Below are positions 34,995 through 47,764 of a DNA stretch of 64,000 nt, piece by piece (within the stretch, counting starts at the first letter, position 1; each line of letters begins with the position of its first letter). Both the position numbers and the translations under genes were made by a program. The stretch is from contig QPGO01000024.1 in assembly GCA_008632985.1 (NCBI GenBank), forward strand, positions 186,001 through 250,000, given 5' to 3'. The DNA comes from Psammoneis japonica (taxonomy: Eukaryota). Under the pieces are notes generated by a model, which was not told the origin of the DNA, made no database searches, and saw nothing but the letters and a program-made list of their open reading frames with translations.

Positions 34995-36377
34995 ATGAGA
35001 GAAACTGCGCAGTATGATACTGTGGAGTCATGGTGCCAGGAAGCGGTTTCGAGTGGACGAGATTTCTTGTTTGACCAGACGATCTTTCAAGACGCGCTCA
35101 GCAAAGCATCGAAGGAATTTCGATTTCCCTACGAGGTGAGGCGTTGACGTGAATTTAGAAGACTGGGAAGAGAGTTACATACTTACGGTTTATAGTGCTT
35201 TTTCTGTTCACACCTCGATCCCAGGCTCTTCTCTCCTTCCTGCGAAATACTCACGTGGTTCACGTGAAGAAGAGTACATCCCGTGTGCGGCAAAAGATAT
35301 CTAGACATCTCGAAACGTACAGCGCGGGCACCTCGATTCTTGGTATCGCGAAAACGGAAAACTTCCCCCCGTATCTTCTAGCACGGATGATTGTGGAAAA
35401 TGTGACCATACATGAAAAGAGGTCTGCTATCACGGAAGCAATGAAAGATCCTTTTGGGCGACTGGGTGACACACAGTTAATAACCGAGAAGTTTTTTCAC
35501 TCTGAGAGAATCGCACGTGATGATCTATGCAAAGAATTTGATGTGGATGCAAGGTAAATTGAACCGCGCGTGAGTCTTTGTGGGATATGTATGCCAATTT
35601 GCTGAGAAGGATCTTGAATTGAACTTTTGATTACCACGATGGCCTGCTATTTTCCCGCAGTGATTATTCTCGTTTGTCTCTGGAGGTGACGGAAGCAATA
35701 AACCATGACCCCATGTATGGTCCACGGCACGACAAGGAGAGAAACGTGATTGGAGTTGAGTACGAGCTGCTGCTGGAACAAGCTCTAAGTAGAATGGGTG
35801 AGTGAGCACGCCTTGTTGGTCTTGTTGTTGTGGCGACTACATACATGCCCTATCGCTTTTGGCTAACTTAAATTCATTCTTTTTTAAAACAATCAACTGG
35901 TGCACAAGAGATCCCGTTTGAGACAGAAAGCGAGCTGCGTGAGCGAGGTACGCCGCGCACTCCCGATGTGCTACTGTCGTGTCCTGTTGGCATCGAGGTC
36001 CCAAAGAAGGATGGTCCCGGGAAAGAATGGAAAGTTGTGTGCTGGATTGATTCTAAGGTGAGACACACGAATTTGATATATCCATTCGAGCATTTGAATT
36101 ATGCATATTTAGCTCACAATGCTTATTGTCACCCACGCGCTCCTTCAAGGCCTTGTTTGGCGACGTCAACGTCCATCATACATCTGTTCTTCCCCAAGCA
36201 GAAACGTACGTTCATCGATTTGGTCCAGGAATGATTCTTTATTGGTTTGGACATGCTCCTATAGAAATGCTGTATGATGGCCATGGAGATGTTGCCATTG
36301 TGGGTTGGGAGTTGCCGAAATCCATGATGCTGCCAACTGGGGAAATAGTGTCACGTGCCCCCGACCAAACAAAGTGA
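34995..36377 (+). CDS. CDIN1: CDAN1-interacting nuclease 1 (C15orf41/TPD domain) homologue, multi-exon
   Basis: FPPYLLAR, GVEYELLLEQAL, IPFETESELR..G..RTPDVLL, WIDSK|ALFGD, YVHRFGPGMILYWFG. Confidence 0.88.
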
Positions 36378-36619
36378 TTCTCACGAGTTTGGCGTTTTGC
36401 ATTTCCTAGAAAGTGTGACATGTACCACTAGTGACCGGAGAAATCAGATTTGTAGTCCTACGGTTGCGATATATACACTCTCGTTCAACGGTTCCATCAG
36501 CTTTAAAAAAGATAATACATACGTTATTTTTCGTTGGCAATTTGAATTGATCCGAAGTATGTAGTCGTAAGAAAAAGAAACAGAGGTGTGCTGTGGATAC
36601 CCGGTGTGTTACACACTGT

Positions 36620-38550
36620 ATTTCAAGCCTGTTCATGATAACAAGACCTTTGCTGTTGCGATGTCACACCACACAGTCACGTCACCTTGAAGGAGTGGTG
36701 AATCGTCAAAAAGTTTCGTCAACTCCCTTTGTCACGCATCTTGCAGCGGGCGGCGACAGCTCGACAGCGGAAGCCTCGAGCACAGCCAACATGTGAGATG
36801 CCATGCAGCATGATGTGCGCACATCGTTTTGAAGCACCACAGAGCTGACATGGTCTCTGATTGTTCTCTCATTGCAACCCCCCATGCTTCATGCAAGCTT
36901 CTAAGGTGGTGGCCCTGTTGATGATCGATTCCATCAACAGCTCCTCTGGCCTGTGAAGAGTTCTCAATGTACATGGCTCCTCAAAAAATTTTCAGCAATC
37001 TGAATGTCTAATGACCATCTGCCTCAAAAGCAAAAGAGGTTCTTCCTTGCAACAATGTGGAAGCATTGTGGCAGAAACAAATGATCCAAGGTGTGCTGTC
37101 ATCATTGTGGTTGCTGTTGCAGAGTCCTCCATTTCTCTGCAGGTCATGTCTCTCATGAACTTTTTGTTCTTTGTCACAAGCAGGCAACAAACATTGCAGC
37201 ATGATCATGTGTGGCTGACATCACCAAAAGGAAATTGATGAAGAAGGGAAGGCAGCGAAAGGCTGCCCATGTGTTTTGTCTCTCCCAACATCAACCAAAA
37301 ACAAGCTGGAGTCAATCCACACCACCATTCATCAAGAGGCTGCTGCCAAACCCACCTGAGCTCCATTTTGCTCTGCTGGAGCAGTTGCTACAATCAAGGG
37401 AAAGCAACATGTGTTTTTGACATCTTTGACAGCCAGCCATTCTTCTGGGTGCAAACCACAATTTTGATGCAAAGATTGCAGCGGCACCTCTGCACACCTG
37501 AACTTGCTGCTCACAAATTGCTCTGGGAAAAGTGCACAATTGCAATTTGTGGCATTCCAGTTGCTGCTGCCCCAGTGGTGGCTTGCACTTTCTTTCTGCC
37601 CTTTTGCACCATTGACCCACACACCCTGCTGTTTTTTCTTTCTTTTTGTGACCATGCTGCCCCAAGCTTCTTTCACTGTCTTGCTCCCCAAAGCTGTTGT
37701 GCTGACTCTGTGCCAATGAAGCTGTGTGTGTCTGATCAACCAAGAAGCAGTTCTGCCAAGGGATGAGGAACAATGTGAGTGCTGAATTGAGCTCTGGCTG
37801 AAAGTTGCCATGGCCCAGCATGGCTCTGCTTCCTGCTGGCAGCCCCAAGAAAGCTTCCTCATTTGCCATTGAAGATTGTGCCTCTTGTTGCTCTCACTGG
37901 CAGCCAGCAACAACCAGCAGAGGAGATGAGTGCCAGCACCTCAGCAAAGAGCCATAAAAACAATGAGAGGAGTGCGCCCCCGCTGGCCTCAGGAGAGCGC
38001 AGATCACAAACAAAAGAGCTCTTCTTTTCACTGAGGTGAAAGCAAGCTTTGCTGGGGTTGTGGCTGCTCTCTTTGTGCAAAAACAAGCCACCTCAGAATG
38101 TGGACAATGCCCAGCAGAGCTTTGCTGCTCTTGGTCGCAGCGATTTTGTTGCTGGGGGCAAGGGCAGCAACAAAGCCCTCTTGAGAGCTGTTGAGCAGCA
38201 GGAGGCTGTCACATCAGGTGGTGGGGAGATGCTGTCAGAAGCACAGTGAGGAGACAGGAACAGATGACTTTTTTGCCTCTTTCAGCAAGCGCCCTCCTTT
38301 GTGGGGCTTTTCTCTTTCTCTCTTGCTTCCCACGCTGGTGGGCTGCAAAAGCAAAGAAGATTTCATTTTTTGCACAGCCCACCAGGAGGGCCACAGCAAA
38401 TGCTGGAAACTCAGTCCACATGCACCACTTGTCCTGGTGATTGCACACATGAGCAATGGAAATGTGTGGTGGTGATGTTGTGTGTCCATCCCAACTTCTT
38501 GTTCTCACGAAAGTCAAAAATAAACAGGACCGGACAGACAGATGCAGTGC
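36620..38550. repeat. TpA/CpG-depleted degenerate repeat relic (unclassified)
   Basis: Almost no TA over about 1.9 kb; overlapping Tyr-free pseudo-ORFs. Confidence 0.65.
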
Positions 38551-39064
38551 GGTAGATGTCAACTACGCCTGCGTGAATAATCTATCAAGTGCATACATAC
38601 TACGGCACTGAAGGCATTTGCAGGGGAAACCCAATGTCCGGCGACTTGTTTGTACTTAGACGCCGTCAAGACGAATTTTTAATATATTCTACAGATTTGA
38701 TGAGTGTTAGTAGTCATTATCAAATTTTCAAAAAATAGAGACTCGTTTACACTATTCCGATATGTAGTGTCTTTTTTCGTGAACCGAGCGAAGCCTCCCG
38801 CCCTGCCTCCCATCACATTATTTTTGTGCGAAGAGCGAAGAAAAAACCAATCCGACCCCGCCATCTAATCCGACCAGGAAACGCCAGAATTTGTAATACA
38901 TATCGCATTCATTGCAGTTCAATACACGTCATAGAGCTGCTCTTCATTCAGAAAAACGTTCAAACGAAACGAAGTTTTTTAAGTTTTCCGTTGTCCGGTC
39001 TTCGTTCCTGAGCTTCTTCATTTCCAACAGGCTTGCGAGTTCCCTCTTGTCTTCAGTTGACATA

Positions 39065-39799
39065 ATGGACATTTCACGTGATTTCCTTCCACCAAGGTCA
39101 GAAAAGCATAGGTCAATTGTGGGGGCTCGTGAAACAAGCTTGGACGCACTTAGTTTGCAATCGCATCATTCGATTCGTCGGGTTAATGAAGGCGTTGCTC
39201 GCCGCAACAGGATCAAGAGGAAAAGCGCCGGCATAGCACATTCTAAAGATGTGGCTAAAAAGCCAATTATACGCGAATTCTTGGTTGACTTCTCATCAAG
39301 GTTGTGCGAATTCGAGAAAGGAAAAGGCATTGGAAGCGACTTTGAATTTGATCCACTGTCCTTCGGCGACACACTGTCCTTTGACCTCCCTTTGGTAGAG
39401 CAAAACTACTTTCAGAAGATACGTCGTGACTTTCGAGTACCGATGCCTAAAATTAAACGGCAGAAGCGAGCCAGCGACAGAGATATGACGCCGTCAGAAG
39501 CAAGAACTCACGAAAAGCGGCACAACTCACTTACCACTACAATAACGGCGGCAACAGATGCTGACCTATCTGACAATTTGGATACAATTTCCGGCATTGA
39601 TCAAGCTGAAGTCCAAGCGCGCCTCATTGCATTGGAGTGCGCCATGGACAAAAGCAGAAAAACCCAAATTCAAATCCACAATTGGGACAGTCAGATGGGG
39701 CTGAAACGGTCACACAGCAAAACTATGAGACTTTCTTCGGAGTCAAGAAAGAAAACCCTTCTTATTCTCAACAATGGAATTCGGAAATGTCATTTATAA
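39065..39799 (+). CDS. Hypothetical protein
   Basis: Intact ORF with normal TA content; ordered-looking C-terminus QIHNWDSQMGLKRSHSKTMRLSSESR. Confidence 0.65.
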   Translation: MDISRDFLPPRSEKHRSIVGARETSLDALSLQSHHSIRRVNEGVARRNRIKRKSAGIAHSKDVAKKPIIREFLVDFSSRLCEFEKGKGIGSDFEFDPLSFGDTLSFDLPLVEQNYFQKIRRDFRVPMPKIKRQKRASDRDMTPSEARTHEKRHNSLTTTITAATDADLSDNLDTISGIDQAEVQARLIALECAMDKSRKTQIQIHNWDSQMGLKRSHSKTMRLSSESRKKTLLILNNGIRKCHL

Positions 39800-40300
39800 G
39801 CTGCTGACGTACCGGAACGATACACACGCACCATTTTTAAGAGAGAGAGTAGCAGTAAGTACTTCTAGCAGCAGCAGCAGCGGTAGTGCTAGTAGCCAAA
39901 CATATAGTTAAATGCTTTTAATGTTCTCACTTTGGGATGAAGTTTCCATCAGTATCATACGTTAACATCCTCGACCGATTCCTGATAAGATTAAAGGAAA
40001 ACGGGATTTCTTGAATATTGCAAAAAGTCATGCCATGGCTTGTCTCTACCCTGGAGAGGAGAGAATAACATTGCTATCTATGGCGGTGACCACGTCGTCT
40101 TGAGTCTTGGCCTTTTGATCCGGGTCTCAAGTCGCGACGATTGAGTTACAGACACGCGAACACATTCTGAAAGTGGCGCGAAAAGGCAGGGAGAGGACGA
40201 GACAGAGTCGTCGATGCCGGTACATACACCGGTCCGCAGTTGAGGTCATGGACACCAAAAGCGATCGATAGCTTCGAGAACTTTCAAACCTTTGCTTTGA

Positions 40301-40903
40301 ATGGCTGTGATGGCGAAAATAAGGAAAACGAATGCAAGTCAATTTTCGTTGAGCTTGAGTTGTGTCGGAGCCCCTGCGGTTGCGTTCGTTGCCTCAATTG
40401 CGTTGCTGATGACGATTTTCTCGTTCTCAGCATCCGAGGCAAAGACCTGCGTTGAAGATTCTCAAGGCCGCTACGTGTGTGTTGATGATGTTTTCCGAAC
40501 AAGGAGCAAAGCTGATGACCAGCCGTACGATCTGCCATCCCGTGGTGCGCCGCAGCGAGTGGATGGAACTGCCGTTGAAAAAGATGAGATACTTCAGATC
40601 ATCCGTCGAATGGATCATTACTATAGAGAAGAGGTCATGACTTTCCCGCAGTACGAATCTGTTCGTCATTCATGGTACGTGAGAATCGAAGCTGGATGCC
40701 GTTCCCATCCTTCGTTTTCTAACCTTATAAAATTTCAACCCCCTCCTCGTTCTGACCACGATAGCAAGAATTCCAATGAAATGTGCAGTTTCTGGACTTC
40801 TGTAGATGAATGCGAGAGCAATAGAATGTTCATGATGAAAAATTGCGCCTTGGCGTGTCGGTTTTGTCTTCTTGCATCGGTGTCAAATTCGAATTTGAAC
40901 TAA
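40301..40903 (+). CDS. ShK-domain protein with N-terminal hydrophobic segment (probable in-frame intron about 40675-40764)
   Basis: C-K-N..EMCSFW...DECESN..FM..NCALACRFC ShK cysteine pattern after splicing. Confidence 0.8.
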   Translation: MAVMAKIRKTNASQFSLSLSCVGAPAVAFVASIALLMTIFSFSASEAKTCVEDSQGRYVCVDDVFRTRSKADDQPYDLPSRGAPQRVDGTAVEKDEILQIIRRMDHYYREEVMTFPQYESVRHSWYVRIEAGCRSHPSFSNLIKFQPPPRSDHDSKNSNEMCSFWTSVDECESNRMFMMKNCALACRFCLLASVSNSNLN

Positions 40904-41882
40904 CTGGCGCCGTAATATCAGCTTTAATTGTCGGTACACTGATGTACTATTTCCAGCTGGAGTCTATCTCGAGAGAAGGAGAGTGAGAGTTGCTACTCCC
41001 TGTCCTAAAATCGAAACCTCGCTCACCTGTCTATTGGCACCGGGAAAAATGCAAAAGTTGAGCTGCCGCACTCTCTACTAGGCCTCTAGAGAGGAAAGGA
41101 TACTGAAATTGATTTTTTAAAAATGACGTTGTAACGGAAAGTAGAGGGAAATAGATATGGTACTACTAGCTGTAGCACTCTCTCTTATGATAGAGCCACT
41201 TTGAACTTGTAGATGTATGGTATGGATATGGTAGGGATGATGGATGCTCCAATGCGATGCATTGTCAACGAAGAAAACAGGCGCAGCCAGGTACTCTAGC
41301 TTACCGGTAGTAAAGTACCGTAGATGAGAGTACCGACCTCTACTAGAGCTACGGTAGAGTACCGGTACAGTAGGCAGCAGGCAGGCAGCGCGCGCGCAGC
41401 CAGCCCGCCAGCAGCCAGCCAGCCCAGCCAGGTACAGCATGCGGCATGTCCGTCCGTCAACCTTGACGACAACCAACGACAACGCACGCACGTACCGTAT
41501 CGTACGAAGCGAGCGAAGCGAACAACGCAACGATGCACGATGCGCATCGAGGTAGAGCCAGAGATAGAGTCGAAAAAGCTAAGGTGGAGATCAACACAGG
41601 CGAGTGAGTCGTCAATCAAGCTGAGGCCCAAACTGGCAGAAAGGAGTTATAGGTCTGCACTAGTCGTCAATCGTTTGCTGCATGAGAAAGTGGCAGATAC
41701 CGGTATTTGTTTATAGGGTTTTCCGATTCTTAGAAAAGCTTTCATTCCGGTGCTCTTTTTGGTTTTGCTTCGAAGCCATACTGCTTTCGACTGCTGCTAC
41801 AAGTTCACATTTTAAGTTTAGAGGCGGACGCAGTAACACGGACACAGCCACTAATCCGGTAGGCGTTAGTCGCAAAGGAAAC

Positions 41883-42942
41883 ATGACATTCAACAAAAGT
41901 GAGATTCAAATTGTTTTTAGCGATGTTGATGGCACACTTGTACATTATCCCGACCTGCCCGCAAATCTTGCAGACATCGAGGGTAACCGTCTTTTACACT
42001 TGCCGCCAAGCTCAACTGGCATGCAAGGAATTATTTCTTCAAGAACGTTGTTGCATTGTCAGGAGTGGCGCCGTAGCGGAAAGAAACTTGTCCTTGTAAG
42101 TGGCATGCGCACAGCGACCTTGATGAAACGATTGCCGTATTTGCCAAGAGCTGACGCTTATTGTAGTGAGGCTGGTGGACGAATATTTTTCCCTGTGACG
42201 GATACACATAGTGAAGCAAAAAAGGGCAAAAGTATCTCGCCTCTTGCTTATGATGGCTGCAATCAAGATGACTTAGCTCCGTTTTGTATCGAGGAAGATA
42301 TCGTTTGGCGTCGTCGGATGGAACGCGTTGATGCCGCCGGGCGTGATGGGTTTGCAGGGGCGTTGTTGACAGATTCTAATGAAACAGAAATCCCGGTTCT
42401 CGTACGCAAAGGGCTTCTTTGGGAATTCGCTCAAAATTTAATAAACAAAGGCTACGTTCTCGATACTAAGGGATATTCTGCTTGCTTTCGGGTAAACCAA
42501 AAGCAACAGAATCGCATTTCGGACGTCGACTTTCAACGCTTGTCTTCATCGGAGTTCGAAGTCCCATCTGGCCTCGCCTCAAGTGTAAACCTTGGATGTG
42601 TAGATTTTTATCCAATTGAAAGTGGAAAGAAGAATTGGTAAGCGAAATGTCTGCCATGATCTCATGTGGTCTTTTTCCTCGCCAGTCTCCTCATCTCGTT
42701 CTTCACTTCTGGCAATAAGCTGCCTGTATCTAGCAAAAAAGTTCTGCAACACCCAAGATGACTCAGTCTTGTCGAAACATGCAGTTTGTTTTTGTGACGA
42801 TGACAATGACCTGGAGATGGCCATGGCATGTCATCACGCGTTTGTGCCTGGCATAAGCTCACAAACCATGAAACAAATGATTCATGACAATCCCGACCAG
42901 CTCACACTAACAGAAGACGTAGAAAAGAATATCAAGGAGTAG
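41883..42942 (+). CDS. HAD-superfamily hydrolase (Cof/class II-like), one intron; C-terminus may extend to 43010 via a frameshift
   Basis: VFSDVDGTL motif I, VSGMR motif II, SGKK motif III, CDDDNDLEM motif IV. Confidence 0.85.
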
Positions 42943-43663
42943 CTGCAACAGAAGCTGCATTGGAACTTGTTCTGAAGCAATTTCGTAACGACAGGCTAGA
43001 AGGTACCTAACTGGACTCTCTCTCGAGTAGTGCATAGCAATCTTGCTTTTATTCAACTTCTTGATACGCTGTCCCTTCTCTGTTTTATATATATACAGTA
43101 GAGGACCGCGCATTCATGAAGGGAACGACGCGCCTACGTAAAGAATAGGGCTTAGCATGCAAAGCTTCTACTCTAGAGCTAGAGGAGCTCTCGCCTGGTT
43201 TGGTCCTTGTGGCGGCTTGCTACCCTGCACAAGAAGTCTGGAATATAGAACTGCGTAGAAACCGTCGTAGAATCAGTACCAGGGTGGTCAAAAAAGTCTA
43301 GAATATCCGATTTTGACAAAAAACACGTAGAATCTGGTGTAGAGTCAGTACCATACCAGGAATATCCAGAAAAACACGAAAAATCCCGCTATTCCAGACT
43401 TTATTGGCTTTTCTGGTACAAATTCTACGCAGGAATGCGCCCGGCTAAATCCCAAAATTATTGCGGCTGTCTTTCGCGCGGCGCACCCTGAGAACCCCGG
43501 TCGCATCCCGATTAGACTACTACTTCTCTAGTCTGAAACTTCTCTGGCAACAAATAGAGAAGCAGCAACAGACTTCAACGAACTCGCTCAGTGCAAGCTC
43601 TCGAATCGCCAGCCGCAGCGACAAGTAATTACGCCTGGAAGACTCAATTGGAAGCACTTGAAA

Positions 43664-44470
43664 ATGAATTCGTTTCGTGTAAGGTTCCCTTTTCTTCTTC
43701 TGGTATCAATAGTTGCGTGGTTGTTGTCTTTGACCTCCACAAACGAAGCTGTAAGAGTGGTTACCGAAGAAGAATTGTCAAGGTGAGAGCGCAGATATAC
43801 TATGCTTCTGAAGTGACTTATGTTTGCCGCTGTGGCTAACGAAAATCGTATCATCATCAGCAAAACCGGAGAAGAAAACGGCGAGATTTGGTTATCCATC
43901 GTTGGTAGCGTGTACAACGTTACTTCCGGGAGAGAATACTACGGTGGCGGTCCAGTTGGATATGGAGTATTTGCCGGCAGGGATGCATCCGTGTCTTTTG
44001 TGTCTGGAGAGTTCACAGTAGAGGAGGCCGAAAAAAGCACAGACACTTTGTCCGATTCGCAGCTGAAAAGTCTGGAGCACTGGAGAAAGTTCTATGAAAC
44101 ACACGAAACTTATACGCTAGTTGGAGTTTTGGATGGTAGATTTTACGATAAGGACGGGAATCCAACGGAAGAACTGACCAGGTTGAAGACTCGCATCGCT
44201 AACCAAGAGGCGAAGAAGAAGAATAGGCGGGGTGAAGAGCGGACGGGTCCACCAGTCAAGTGCGACATAAACGATCTAGACAGGTGCAGTGAACGCGCTG
44301 AAAAGTTTGCCAACAAATGGATGGAAAAGCCTCAAGCTGAGGTCGCCAGAGAATTGAAGCGCCTCAAAGCAATGACGATTTCAACAATGAACGACAATTT
44401 GAAAAAGTGGATCCAAGAGCGAATACTGATCCTCGAACAGCTTCCGAAGCAAGAAGAAAAAGACCTTTGA
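43664..44470 (+). CDS. Cytochrome b5-like heme/steroid-binding (MAPR) protein with signal peptide (exons 43664-43782, 43861-44470)
   Basis: TEEELS..G....IWLSIVGSVYNVTSG..YYG...YGVFAGRDAS..F..G; W..FY....Y..VG.L.GRFYD. Confidence 0.9.
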
Positions 44471-45519
44471 TGTGACCTTGTTAAAAGTATGATGACTTAG
44501 AGATTTATTTGTGAAAGTTTGTATCTGGGGAGCTGTGCTAAGGCCCTCACAATGCAAGTACGCTACCTGGTGCGTAGGCCCACATACAAGAAGAAGCTAC
44601 AGTACGCAGTTTCAGGAAGAGTAAACGGCAGACTGTACCCGATTTTTCATTACAATGTCAATTAAGTCAAAGTGTCCCCGGTACAAATATGGCTCGGGCG
44701 GGCGCCAAGTAAAAAAGAAATACTGTAGCAAAAACATCCTCAGCATGCGATGCGTGCATCGACGACCAACGCTTGAGGTGAGATTTCGTGCTTCGACGAG
44801 AACCGCTGCCTGTATGTAGAGTACCGTGTGAAAGATGTCAGCTACTCTCAATACAAGTGTCATCCGTCTATCCCATCTTTAGGCTATCTCTGTTTTATTA
44901 GATAGCTACACTCCTCTCTGTGATTTCCCTTGCGTTCTTTCCATCTGCATTCGGTAGACTACTCTCAACTAGAGGTCTCTCCCTCTCTACTACATAATAG
45001 ACTACGAACTCGGGCGGCCGCAGGCCGGTACCCTCTCTCATCTAGCCCTCTAGCTAGTAGTAGAGAGCTAGTAGGGCCCTAGTCTACTACCGGTATGCAT
45101 GAAAGCTACCGGTAGCGCTCAATAAGGATGGCAAGAAGCACAGGGCTCAGATCCTCGAGGCTTACAAGGATGACAAGCTCGTTCCGCACTACTTTGGTCG
45201 TGTCTTCACGACGGGCATGTCGACAAGGACATGGAATCCAAATACCTCACCGCTTATTAGATGTGAGACAGGATCGGAACAGGTTCAAAAGATGGATACG
45301 AAACAGAGTAGGTAGAATGTGTTAAATACAATAATTCTGTACTAGGGAGAGTTTCATAATGTGACAGGCTATTCCAATTAAAATGCCGCGAAATATTTGT
45401 AAACTGTGCTATGGAGTAGCACACCAAACATTTGAGACGACAAAACCGACATCCTCGTCGTCACTGCTCCACGTACATGGTTGGAACGAGAGCATAGTGT
45501 TAGAAAACAGCGATGCCAA

Positions 45520-46927
45520 CAACTAAACGGAGCTGACGGATAGTTGGTTGTTCCATGCACACACACACACACCCTCCATAAAGAGCGCCAAACCTCCGAC
45601 GACATTGATGTGTTTCTTGAGAGGATTTTTCTTTCCCATGAGAGCCCCCATACTCATGGCGGATACAAGCTTGCAACTCTTCGCTAACACCTGAATGAGG
45701 TAAATGACATAGCCGAGCGACGCCGTAACGAACAAAAGGTGCTGCCCACGGAGGTGAGAGTCCCAAAATGGCAAAACGAGCCGGTGGAATGGAGGTGGCC
45801 GTTTCGTTGCGAACATAACGTCCTGCCGCAGCCGTCATGGTGTACAGCGACGACATGACGAACACAAAGGATACTTCGTGCAACTCGCGTCCACCCGAAT
45901 GCAACCAGGTATAGCGCACCACTCAAACCGAGAGCCACCGATAAGAACCCCATATCTTGACACATTTATGGACTTGATTGAGCGCAAGGCGTCTTCGCCC
46001 AATTGAATGTGTACATTTAATCAAATAATGGACCCACCGAATGGAAGCTCATGAGTTTCCACTCGTACGCGTCCGTTCCACCGTCAAAACAGAGGCTGAT
46101 GAATATCGTAAGAGTAAAATACCCAAACGTTTGAGACGGCATGCCACCGATATCTTCGACGTCACTGCTCTTTTTACTCGACTTGGAGTCTCCACTGTAG
46201 AGTGCATGCTTGCAACGAGCACACTGCGTCAGGAAAAACAGCCATAACAACAGCACAAAACGGAGGTGAACGATAGTTGTTTGTTCCTTACACACTCACT
46301 CTCCCATAAGAGCGCCACGCCACCGACAATCATGACAACATTGATAAATTTCTTGAGATGATATTCTTTTCCCATGAGAGCCCCATAATCATGACGCGCA
46401 CCGGCTTGGAACTCTTGGCTTATACTTGAATGGGATAAATGATATAATGGGGCAAAAGGTACTACCAAGGAGGTGAGTCCCTAAATGGCGAAACGAGCCG
46501 GTGGAATGGTGGTGTGCGTTTCGTTGCGAACATAACGACCTGCCGCAGCCGCCATGGTGCGTACATCGACGATGTAGAAAACACGAAGCGGGGATCATCC
46601 CCACATCTCGAGGTGCCCGGAACTCTTTGCCAACATAGGCCTCCGCGTCTCGAGCATTTCCTGATACAATTCCAACATCAGCCCGCACGCGACACAGGAA
46701 AACATGATTCCCCAAACACACAAAAGCAACCAAAAGAGTTCTGTTTTTGTAGTTTTCTCTTCGGAAACTGCATTTTTGGTGATTGAGCCTGGGATTCTTG
46801 CATGGGTCGCGGGATCCACCATGTTGTTGTTCTTGGTAACAAAGGTTTCGGACGACAGCGAAACATCCGACGAAAGCACGTCGTTGTCGTCTCCTCCACG
46901 AATCATTGGAGTCCTAACGAATGTCAA
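45520..46927 (-). pseudogene. Two tandem degenerate fragments of a UDP-galactose/UAA-family nucleotide-sugar transporter (SLC35B-like)
   Basis: QVLAKSCK...MGALMGK in both copies; FISLCFDGGTDAYE; multiple frameshifts. Confidence 0.75.
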
Positions 46928-47764
46928 GTGCTCTTGTTCTTGTTAACACATAACCCGACATGCATTCTTCACAAGAGTCCCGTTTCTCGCTCAATCACTT
47001 CTCCCTTGGAATGGATCGCTTCCTCCACAAATTCGGGTCCAACTAGAGTCCTTCAAAACACAGAACAGAGTCGATCGCTGCCACCGGAGCCAGCAGCCGC
47101 CAATCCCAATGTAGACTAGTAGCAGCTTTCACTCGTCGTCATGTCGTCCCAGAAATCACGCAAATGAGGTTCTTTCTGTGAATCGCACCGTTCTTGCCAC
47201 TGCCCGTCTTGACTGAGCTCGGGACAAAACTCGAGCATTTATTTCCTTCGACAACGTCTTACTCACAGCATCTCTGGTGCTTCTCTGTGGGCTCTCTTCA
47301 ATGGGTTTTAAGTGGCATGCATCACGCAGCGCTACGCGTGGTGTGGCGTGCGTAACATGGAGGTGGCGTGAGGGCGAGCGGTGGGGTCTGACACCATGGT
47401 CACCATGGCATCTTTACCATAGCAGGCCTCCAGTCTACAGTACCGGCAAGCGGTCGATAGATCGGAGCATTCTTCTTAAATAAAAATATCGCAAGAAATC
47501 TTGAACGGAGAATCTGAGCGTTTTGATTGGCTCTGATTTATAAATTTTGGCTCTGAGTTAAAATTATTTTAACTCAAGCAAAGCGGGCAGGCGCGCTCCG
47601 GATGAGCGTACAGACCATCACCGCGGAGACAACTACCGGGTATACTAACTACTGTAGTCTACGGTACTGTACAGCACCGCCCGTAGCTCTCTACCGGTGC
47701 TCTTCACAGCAGTAGAGGAGGGCCCTCTACCGTGGTAAGAAGTGTAGAGATAGCCTAACACACA

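Noticed and set aside
34995..36377. CDIN1 nuclease or PUS7 as the enzyme behind the mutation pattern
   Set aside because: Both are conserved housekeeping genes, proximity in a eukaryotic genome is not evidence, and no deaminase or methyltransferase gene is visible in this window.
47554..47576. Perfect AT-rich palindrome TGAGTTAAAAT-T-ATTTTAACTCA
   Set aside because: Short and isolated; no function can be supported from the sequence.
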